Assembly: GCA_045863235.1 (NCBI GenBank) | Contig: BTUM01000129.1 | Location: 1 to 15,430 of the forward strand | From: Candidatus Xenobia bacterium | Lineage (GTDB): Bacteria > Vulcanimicrobiota > Xenobia > Xenobiales > QWHO01 | Direction of reading: 5' to 3' | DNA: 15,430 bases | Shown here: one piece after another, positions 9,042-15,430 of the stretch | Layout: the number at the start of each line of letters is the position of its first letter | Numbering within the stretch: the first letter of the stretch is position 1 | Program-made: the position numbers and the translations under genes | The notes under the pieces: generated by a model | Told to the model about the DNA's origin: nothing | The model's database searches: none | What the model saw: only the letters and a program-made list of their open reading frames with translations

Positions 9042-9866
9042 ATGCTGGAAGGAAAGAACATTCTCCTGACCGGGGGCTCGCGCGGCCTGGGTCCTCTGAT
9101 CGCGACCGCGCTGGCCGAGCGAGGGGCCAACCTGGCCCTGGTGGCCCGCTCGCGCGAGCCGCTCGAGGAGGTGGCCGGCCGGCTGCGCACGATGGGGGCG
9201 CGCTGCGTCACCCGGCCGACCGATCTCTCCGATTCCGGGCAGCTGCCCGGGCTGGTCGAGGAGGTCGAGCGCGAGCTCGGACCCGTCGACATTCTCATCA
9301 ACAACGCCGGGCTGGAATACACCGGGCGCTTTACTTCCCGTCCTCCCGAGGAGATCGAGCAGTTGCTGGCCACCAACGTGGCCGCGCCGATGATCTTGAC
9401 CCGCCTGATCTTGCCCGCCATGCTCGAGCGAAACCAGGGCCACATCGTGACCATCGCCTCCCTGGCCGGCAAGATCGCTCTGCCTTATGCCGCCGTTTAC
9501 AGCGGCAGCAAGGCGGCCGTGCTGGCCTGGAGCAATTCTCTTCGCATCGAGCTTCGCCGCACCGGCGTGCGCTGCTCGCTGGTCACGCCCGGCTACGTGC
9601 TGGAGACGGGCATGTTCGCCAGCCACGGCGCCACGCCGCCCGGCTACCTCAAGGCCGTCACCCCGCCCCAGGTGGTGGCGGGCGTGCTCAAGGCGCTGCT
9701 CGAGAACCGCGAGGAGGTGGTGGTCAGCGGGCGGCCTTTCAAACCCATGCAGACCGCTTACGCCGCGGCCCCTCGCCTGCTGACCGCCCTGCTCGACAAG
9801 ATCGGTCTGTTCGACTGGTTCGAGCGCACCTATGACACCGAGCAGGCTGGCCTGTCCAAATCGTAA
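9042..9866 (+). CDS. Short-chain dehydrogenase/reductase (classical SDR)
   Basis: TGGSRGLG, NNAG, catalytic Ser (IASLAG) and YSGSK. ARSR after beta-2 suggests NADP(H). Divergent from the RND gene across an 80-bp gap. Confidence 0.95.
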   Translation: MLEGKNILLTGGSRGLGPLIATALAERGANLALVARSREPLEEVAGRLRTMGARCVTRPTDLSDSGQLPGLVEEVERELGPVDILINNAGLEYTGRFTSRPPEEIEQLLATNVAAPMILTRLILPAMLERNQGHIVTIASLAGKIALPYAAVYSGSKAAVLAWSNSLRIELRRTGVRCSLVTPGYVLETGMFASHGATPPGYLKAVTPPQVVAGVLKALLENREEVVVSGRPFKPMQTAYAAAPRLLTALLDKIGLFDWFERTYDTEQAGLSKS

Positions 9867-9926
9867 CGGTTTGGAAACAGGGGGGCGACTTCCTGGGGAT
9901 ACTATCCGCCCCGTAAGGAGTTGAGC

Positions 9927-10559
9927 ATGAGCATTCCGCGTGGCCTGCCCCTGTCGGGGCCCGACTATTCCCTTCAGATTCACAGCACCGCCTACGGGGG
10001 GCGAGAAACCCTGGTGGAGAAGCGAGGCAACGAGCTGACCATCGATCGCCCCGGGGTGGTCGAGGATTACAAGATCACCCTCGGCCAGGACAGCATCTCG
10101 ATCGAGAAGGGGAATGGCCACCGGGCCGAGATCCGTCGCGAGGGTCAGGGGGTCGTGATCGAGCGCCCCACCGTGGCGGCCGGAGATGTGGCCATCCGCT
10201 ATGCGCCGGGCCGCATCGAGGTGGACCGGCAGGCGGCCTTTCAGGACGTGACCTATGAGCTCTCCGAGGGGGAGCTGAAGATCCAGCGCGAGGCGGCCGG
10301 CAAGGACGTCATCCTGCGGCGCACCGAGGACGGGTTCAGCATCGAGCGGCCGGGCTACCGGCCCGACCTGACCATCAAGCTCGATGGTCCGCTGGCCGAG
10401 GAAGGCCTGGACATGACCGTGTGGGCCCCCCGCCTGGGCCTGGAGCCGGAAGGTTACGCCCTGGTGGATCGGTTCTTGAAGCAGGGCCTGAATCCGGAGG
10501 ATCTGCTCACGGTGACTCAAGACGGGGATGTGATCCTCTGGGACCGCGCTCTGCGCTAG
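9927..10559 (+). CDS. Hypothetical protein with ~6 tandem ~20-aa beta-hairpin repeats
   Basis: RBS AAGGAG 9915-9920 and ATG 9927. Repeats D-V-x-I-x5-h-x-I-[DE]-R-P-like. Codon usage resembles neighbouring genes. Confidence 0.8.
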   Translation: MSIPRGLPLSGPDYSLQIHSTAYGGRETLVEKRGNELTIDRPGVVEDYKITLGQDSISIEKGNGHRAEIRREGQGVVIERPTVAAGDVAIRYAPGRIEVDRQAAFQDVTYELSEGELKIQREAAGKDVILRRTEDGFSIERPGYRPDLTIKLDGPLAEEGLDMTVWAPRLGLEPEGYALVDRFLKQGLNPEDLLTVTQDGDVILWDRALR

Positions 10560-10579
10560 TCAGGCGCCTCCAAGATTGA

Positions 10580-10655
10580 TCTTCATCAAGTCTTCATCTT
10601 CTTTTAACTTTTGTTAACACCGGGTTAACGAAGTTTACAAATCGATCAGGTTTAC
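10580..10655 (+). promoter_or_regulatory. AT-rich upstream region with helically phased TT(C/A/T)A(T/C) direct repeats; candidate transcription-factor site array
   Basis: ttcat 10582 and 10593; ttaac 10604, 10614 and 10625; tttac 10634 and 10651. GTTAAC palindromes at 10613 and 10624. Strongest AT-rich patch in the window. Confidence 0.55.
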
Positions 10656-10721
10656 ACCCCGTACGCGGGCCCGAAGTGAGGGAGAGTCAGGGTAAGAAAC
10701 TCACTTTGGGAGGACTTGCAC

Positions 10722-12134
10722 ATGCTGACCAATTCCCTTCTCGGCTTCCCCGGCGCCAGCCCCGTTGGAGGCGTGAGCCCCTTCGGGGGAAGCCCCCTGG
10801 CCGGGGCCCCCAGCCTGATGATCGGTTTCAACCTGGGTGACGGGTTCCGCGGTTCGGCGGGCCTCTTTGACCCGAGCCAGGCCGCCCTGGGCGGTCTCGG
10901 TCAGGGCTTCGGCAACCCGATGCTGGGGCTGGGAAACCTGGGCCAGGCGGGCGGCAATGACATCCGCCAGATGCTGTTCCTGCTCATGGCCATGCTGGCC
11001 GCTCAGCAGCAGCAGGGGATGGGTGGCCCCTTCGGCGGAGGCCAGTTCCCCGGCCAGATGGGCCAGTTCCCCGGCCAGATGGGTCAGTTCCCCGGCCAGG
11101 GGCAGTTCCCCGGTCAGTTCGGAGGGCTCCCTGGCCAGTTCGGCCAGTTCCCCGGTCAGTTCGGCCAGCCTTTCGGCGGCGGGATGAACCCCTTCATGGC
11201 CGGCCTGGGCGCCGGCCTGGCCAGCCAGCTCGGCGGTCAGGGCCAGGGCGTGAACCCGGCGTTTGCCTTTGGTCTGGGGGCCGGTCTCGGGATGGCTCTG
11301 GGCAGCCAGGCGGGCCAGCGGCCCGGAATGGGCATGAGCCCCTTCGGCAGTCCCTTCGGGAACCAGTTCGGCCAGCCTCCGTTCGGCCAGCAGCCCTTCA
11401 ACCCCGCAGCCTTCGCCGCCGGTGCGGCCATGGGCCTGATGAACGGGATGCAGCGGCCCGGCATGGGCGGGCCCGGCGGGGTCGGCGGACCCGGCCAGGG
11501 GCAGGGCCAGGTGGTCGACCTGGCTCAGGGCCAGACCTTCACCACCCCCAGCGGCTCCACCATCAGCTGGCAGGGCGATACCGTCACGGTCAAGGAGACC
11601 GGGGGCGGCCAGCAGCAGGCCAACGTGGGCGGCGCCCAGGCCGGGGCCGGGGCCCGCAGCTTCGGGGCCCAGAACTCCTTCGCCATGGCCGGCGCCTTCT
11701 CGGGTCAGGGCTACGCCGGTGCCTTCGCGATGGCCGGCTCGGTCAGCGCGGGAGCCGGCGGTGCCGGCGCCGGAGCCTGCGCCTGCCACCACGGCCAGCA
11801 GAACGCCTCCAAGCCTCGTGATTGGAAGGTGTGGGGCGACCCTCACATCAAGCATCCCGATGGCTCCAACAGCGACTTCGACCGCAAGAACGCCCTCTTC
11901 ACCCTGCAAGACGGCACCCGCGTTCTGATGGGAGCCGACAATCCTCAGGCCGTGGTGAAGAAGGTGCGCATCATGCTGCCGGGCGCCCCGGTCAACTTCC
12001 AGGGCTACGATCCCGCGCAGACCTCCGTGATGCAGGACCAGGGCGGCAAGTTCAAGTCGATCGGCCCTGCCTCCCAGTTCATGGGCGGCGGCTTCGGGGG
12101 AGGCTTCCCGCAGCAGGGTGGCGTCTGGACCTAG
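10722..12134 (+). CDS. Gly/Gln/Phe/Pro low-complexity protein with C-terminal DUF1521/MIIA-like WGDPH domain (470 aa)
   Basis: RBS GGAGGA 10709-10714 and ATG 10722. GQFPGQ repeats. C-terminal FTTPSGSTI...WKVWGDPHIKHPDG..DFD...FTLQDGTRV matches the recalled DUF1521 pattern. No Sec signal. Confidence 0.8.
   Translation: MLTNSLLGFPGASPVGGVSPFGGSPLAGAPSLMIGFNLGDGFRGSAGLFDPSQAALGGLGQGFGNPMLGLGNLGQAGGNDIRQMLFLLMAMLAAQQQQGMGGPFGGGQFPGQMGQFPGQMGQFPGQGQFPGQFGGLPGQFGQFPGQFGQPFGGGMNPFMAGLGAGLASQLGGQGQGVNPAFAFGLGAGLGMALGSQAGQRPGMGMSPFGSPFGNQFGQPPFGQQPFNPAAFAAGAAMGLMNGMQRPGMGGPGGVGGPGQGQGQVVDLAQGQTFTTPSGSTISWQGDTVTVKETGGGQQQANVGGAQAGAGARSFGAQNSFAMAGAFSGQGYAGAFAMAGSVSAGAGGAGAGACACHHGQQNASKPRDWKVWGDPHIKHPDGSNSDFDRKNALFTLQDGTRVLMGADNPQAVVKKVRIMLPGAPVNFQGYDPAQTSVMQDQGGKFKSIGPASQFMGGGFGGGFPQQGGVWT
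11040..11174 (+). repeat. Intragenic 21-bp (one 18-bp) tandem repeat encoding GQFPGQ(M/F)
   Basis: ggccagttccccggccagatg exact at 11040 and 11061. Variants at 11082, 11100, 11121 and 11142; partial at 11163. Confidence 0.9.
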
Positions 12135-12225
12135 AAGCTGGCGTGCCTGACGGAGAGGCTCTGCCTGTCCGCGGGAACGCTCGGGGTCGGGAGTTTCCGG
12201 TCGCGCGTGCGCTGACCTGGGAATG

Positions 12226-12255
12226 GGGGCGTCGAAACGCTCGTTTCGACGTCCC
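12226..12255. other. Near-perfect intergenic inverted repeat
   Basis: ggg-g-cgtcgaaacg CT cgtttcgacg-t-ccc: 10-bp perfect arms extended by a G.T pair and three G-C pairs. No U-tract. Confidence 0.6.
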
Positions 12256-12367
12256 ACCCGATCGCCTGGCCTCGTTCTTCTGCATCTCGAGACGGCGGGG
12301 GTTGGGGGCCCGCGGGCCCTCTCTGTTGCAACGGGGGAAGAGGGCCTCTCGGCCCGAAGGAGCGAGC

Positions 12368-12874
12368 ATGCTTTGCCTTAGCTGTGGTCACGACAACCAG
12401 GGCCCCGGCCCGACCTGCGCTCAGTGCGGGTTCTCCATCGGCTTTTTGGCTGAGTCTCGTGGCTTCATGCCGCAGCTTCATGCCCTGAAGCAAGCTCAGC
12501 AAGAAGGCCGCATGTCGCCCGACGCGGTGCAAGAGAGCCTGCAGCGACTCGACCAGGCCCTGGCCGCCATGCTCTTGCACGTCGACCAGACCGGGGCGGC
12601 CCTGGCCTCGCTGGGCCTGGATGAGACCCAGGCCGGCGTGCTGGGCGGATTCCTGGCCCCCATGCGAGAGGCCATGGAGTCGTTTTGGGAAACCGTACGA
12701 ACCCTGGAGGGCGGCCACGAGATACCCGCCGACACCCTGGAGCAACTCGACGCCCTGCAGATCTCGATCAGCCAGGGCTCCGAGGGCGTCGCCTACCTGA
12801 CCCAGACCCTGCACGGCATGCTCCTGGCCAAGGTTGCCGCCGGCGAGCAGCTCGCTCCCCTTCCCGCCGAGTGA
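12368..12874 (+). CDS. Zinc-ribbon (CxxC-x10-CxxC) protein with helical C-terminal domain (168 aa)
   Basis: RBS GAAGGAG 12356-12362 and ATG 12368. MLCLSCGHDNQGPGPTCAQCG followed by amphipathic helices. Confidence 0.82.
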   Translation: MLCLSCGHDNQGPGPTCAQCGFSIGFLAESRGFMPQLHALKQAQQEGRMSPDAVQESLQRLDQALAAMLLHVDQTGAALASLGLDETQAGVLGGFLAPMREAMESFWETVRTLEGGHEIPADTLEQLDALQISISQGSEGVAYLTQTLHGMLLAKVAAGEQLAPLPAE

Positions 12875-12932
12875 CCTGAAGGAGCCACCTTCGGGCCATC
12901 CGAAGCTTGGCAGGCGCCGAAAGGAGTTCGCC

Positions 12933-13643
12933 ATGGCAATCGACACCAGCTCCGGAATCCTCTTGAAACTGCGGTTCAAACCAGGCACCCTGGTCGAATA
13001 CAAGGTCAGCACCCGGATCACCCAGGAGACACGCAAGCAGGATGAGGTGATCGGTCAGCAATCGTATCATTGGAAGTCCAAGATGACCCAGCGCGTGCTG
13101 GCCGAGGACCCCGACGCGAGCGGCCACGTGGTCACCATCAGCGAGCCGGTCGGCGACCCGGAGACCTGGAGAATCTCCGGAGTCCCCATCCAGCGCAGCG
13201 TGGTCTACACCCACCTTTCTCCCGACGGGGCCATCAAGGAGACCTCCGGTCCCGATGCCGGAGCAGCCCTGAGCCTTCCCGTCGACCCCGTCCAGGTCGG
13301 GGACGAGTGGACCGGCCTCTCGCGCCTGAGCCTGCCCGGACTGCCCGCCCCCCTCGAGGCCGTGACCCGCTACCGGCTCGTGGGCACCCAGGAGTTCGCC
13401 GGCCTGAGCTGCGTCAAGATCGCCGTGAATGCCGAGCAGGCGGAGGCCCCTCTGCCCGTGGAGGCTCCCGGGATCGAGGCCTCCATCTCGGTCAAGAGCG
13501 AGGGCAGCCTGTTCTTTGCGCCCGAGCAGGGCCTGCTCGTCGGCCAGCAGATGCGCACCGTGGCCACCCCGAAACTGGCCGACGCCACCTACGAGTCGGT
13601 CACCGAGCTGACCCAGGAGCTTGGCCGGCTGGAAGGCCTCTAG
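12933..13643 (+). CDS. Hypothetical beta-rich protein, DUF6263-like (236 aa)
   Basis: RBS AAGGAG 12921-12926 and ATG 12933. LKLRFKPGTLVEY, LPVDPVQVGDEW and GSLFFAPEQGLL resemble the recalled DUF6263-like pattern. Family call is tentative. Confidence 0.7.
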   Translation: MAIDTSSGILLKLRFKPGTLVEYKVSTRITQETRKQDEVIGQQSYHWKSKMTQRVLAEDPDASGHVVTISEPVGDPETWRISGVPIQRSVVYTHLSPDGAIKETSGPDAGAALSLPVDPVQVGDEWTGLSRLSLPGLPAPLEAVTRYRLVGTQEFAGLSCVKIAVNAEQAEAPLPVEAPGIEASISVKSEGSLFFAPEQGLLVGQQMRTVATPKLADATYESVTELTQELGRLEGL

Positions 13644-13682
13644 ACCCGAGCGCAGAAGTCGGCCCGTCAATTGCCACTTGCC

Positions 13683-13723
13683 GCGAGGAGCCTGGCTCAA
13701 GTTGAAGGGCCGGGCTCCCTTGC
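13683..13723. other. Intergenic stem-loop upstream of the lipoprotein gene
   Basis: ggagcctggc (13687-13696) pairs with gccgggctcc (13709-13718, one G.U). Outer gcga/ttgc pairing. No U-tract. Confidence 0.4.
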
Positions 13724-13752
13724 ATCACCCCTCCACACAGAAAGGAATCCCT

Positions 13753-15015
13753 GTGACTCGTCGACTGGCTTTGCTTCTCCTCCTGACCCTCTGGTTGATC
13801 GGCTGCGGAGGCACCGACGCCGTAGCCCCGGCTGGAACCGGAATCCCCGACCTCATCTCGATCGGGCGCCAGCGCCTGCTGCAGAACGCCGGAGCGGGGG
13901 CGGTGCAGGCCATCGACAGCCTGACCGTCGAGCAAGCCGACTTCATCTACCAGAACATCGCCCTCTGGGACGACAGCCGCGTCCCCCTGACCGGGACCGT
14001 GGCCGAAGGCTGTCAGGGCGTGGGAGTGATCGCCGCCAGCGAATTCGGTCCCGGCGCCGTCTACCGCCTCATGCTGCCGCTCGGAGACAGCGGACAGAGC
14101 ACCGTGGTCTCCTTTGCCCGCAACCTCGATCCCAACGTTCCGATGGGCCGCGACCGCTGCCGTGACAGCCTCACCGCCGAGCACGCCCCCCAGTCGTTCA
14201 CCAACCGCAACCCCGAAGTCATCAGCCTGCTCACCCCTGACCTTGCCACCATGCCCAAATTCCACGCCCTGCGCCAGCTCTTGCCCGGCACCTTGCCCGA
14301 TGAGCAACGCGCCGTGCTCAAGCAGATCCGCGACCAGCTGACCTATCCCGCCAACGGCCAGCTGATCCAGAAGGTCATCAAGACCGGCGACATGCAGAAC
14401 TACCTCAACGGCACCTTCGACCCCAAGGTATTCGGCTTCCAGGCCGTCTACTCGGACGTCGACAACCTGGTCACCGCCGCCGAGCTGATCGAGGGCCTGC
14501 GCCTGGACTACCCGGGGGGCTTTCAGGGCTTGACCGTGGTGGCCGCCGTGGTCTTCTTCCAGGACGACACCTTCCGCATGATCCCGCCCTACCGGGCCGC
14601 CAACGGCGGCGACCGCACCGACCCCTACCCCTTCACCGGCAACGGCTTCACCGCCACCGTCCGGGCCAACGCCATCCCCGAGTGGATCCTGCCCAACACC
14701 GGCGTCAACCTGCAAGACGGCTCCCAGCTCTTCTTGATCGACGACCAGGGCAACCGCACCCTCCAGGCCACCTTCCTGGGCGGAGGCTGGGTGCTGGCCA
14801 ACAACCAGCGGGCCGAGTCCGCCGCGCCTCGCGAGCGGGTGGAGCGCAGCGCGCTTTTCCAGGGCCAGGAGGTCTATGTCATCTCACGCGACGAGCAGTC
14901 GTACTACGTCAACGCCAGCCAGGACCTGGGCCTGGTTGACCAGGTCCAGGTGGGCAGGGGCGAGTACCGGGGCAAGGTGGCCCTGGACGACGCCCGGCTC
15001 GTCTTTCAGCCCTGA
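13753..15015 (+). CDS. Lipoprotein with polymorphic-toxin-like domain (QKV..GF..LRLDY..PFTGNGFT..IPE), 420 aa
   Basis: RBS AAAGGA 13741-13746 and GTG 13753. Signal MTRRLALLLLLTLWLIG|C with lipobox LIGC. Toxin-like call is from motif recall only. Confidence 0.75.
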   Translation: MTRRLALLLLLTLWLIGCGGTDAVAPAGTGIPDLISIGRQRLLQNAGAGAVQAIDSLTVEQADFIYQNIALWDDSRVPLTGTVAEGCQGVGVIAASEFGPGAVYRLMLPLGDSGQSTVVSFARNLDPNVPMGRDRCRDSLTAEHAPQSFTNRNPEVISLLTPDLATMPKFHALRQLLPGTLPDEQRAVLKQIRDQLTYPANGQLIQKVIKTGDMQNYLNGTFDPKVFGFQAVYSDVDNLVTAAELIEGLRLDYPGGFQGLTVVAAVVFFQDDTFRMIPPYRAANGGDRTDPYPFTGNGFTATVRANAIPEWILPNTGVNLQDGSQLFLIDDQGNRTLQATFLGGGWVLANNQRAESAAPRERVERSALFQGQEVYVISRDEQSYYVNASQDLGLVDQVQVGRGEYRGKVALDDARLVFQP

Positions 15016-15142
15016 GTCCGCGCCTGGCCCGTTCCGGCCCTGAGAGCAACCTTGCGGGCGCACCTGGGCGGCGCCTCTCCTGGAGTTGGGCAAGACTCTT
15101 GGCGCAGCTCGGGTCGCCCCCTTTATCCTGCTCGAGGTTGAC

Positions 15143-15165
15143 CCCGCCTGGGTGGGCGGGCTTCT
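15143..15165 (+). terminator. Possible weak intrinsic terminator
   Basis: cccgcc-tgggtg-ggcggg followed by cttct. Poor U-tract; about 130 bp after the lipoprotein stop. Confidence 0.2.
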
Positions 15166-15167
15166 GG

Positions 15168-15430
15168 GAATTGCGACCTGCCACAGGATGCTCCCGGTCT
15201 GCTCGCGCCGGGCCTTCAGCCTGCCGACGGCGGCCGAGCCTCACGTCGCGGAACACCCGGTAAGGAGAATCCCTCGCCACGGGATGCTCCCGCTTTGCTC
15301 GCGCCGGGCCTTCAGCGTGCCCCTGTGCAACCTGACCGACGGCGCCCGAGCCTCACGTCGTCGCGGAACACCCGGTAAGGCTGACCGTTCCGAATCCCGA
15401 CCTGCCACAGGATGCTCCCGCTCGGCTCGC
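15168..15430. repeat. Second imperfect tandem repeat array (96-128 bp period) with conserved blocks and variable inserts; truncated by the window end
   Basis: gccacRggatgctcccg at 15180, 15276 and 15404. gctcgcgccgggccttcagc and gagcctcacgtcg..cggaacacccggtaagg each occur twice. Confidence 0.93.

Noticed and set aside
11835..11846. von Willebrand D domain call for the GDPH motif
   Set aside because: The context (VWGDPH..DG..DF..FTLQDGTRV, no Cys downstream) fits DUF1521/MIIA better than VWD (GDPHY.TFDG).
11822..13752. Longer N-termini from the ORF track (starts at 11822, 12834 and 13621)
   Set aside because: They overlap upstream genes. Strong RBS-linked starts at 12368, 12933 and 13753 coincide with the zinc ribbon, domain start and signal peptide.
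9927..15015. Treating all five plus-strand hypothetical genes as one operon or secretion system
   Set aside because: Gaps of 162, 233, 58 and 109 bp contain their own promoter-like or hairpin elements, and no secretion apparatus genes are present; linkage is unsupported without synteny data.
14909..15280. 123-aa minus-strand ORF as an immunity gene
   Set aside because: Starts inside the repeat array, has low-complexity Arg/Pro/Gly composition and overlaps the lipoprotein gene antisense.

Overview
GC-rich bacterial DNA (roughly two-thirds G+C by eye, not computed) from a probable diderm, since it encodes a TolC-type protein. Two different imperfect ~100-bp tandem-repeat arrays run off the two ends of the window. 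Left to right: (1) a PLOD/LH3-like GT-A glycosyltransferase that appears circularly permuted, overlapping a Wzx-type flippase; (2) a minus-strand operon of RND permease, lipoprotein MFP, TolC-family OMF and a signal-peptide LRR protein, with GTGA overlaps at all three junctions; (3) a divergent SDR oxidoreductase; (4) five plus-strand genes of poorly known function. These five are a ~20-aa beta-hairpin repeat protein, a Gly/Gln/Phe/Pro low-complexity protein ending in a DUF1521/MIIA-like WGDPH autocleavage domain (behind an AT-rich promoter with phased direct repeats), a zinc-ribbon protein, a DUF6263-like beta protein, and a lipoprotein with a polymorphic-toxin-like domain. No rRNA, tRNA, cas, transposase or integrase genes were recognised. 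Family assignments rest on motif recognition from memory; no searches were run.
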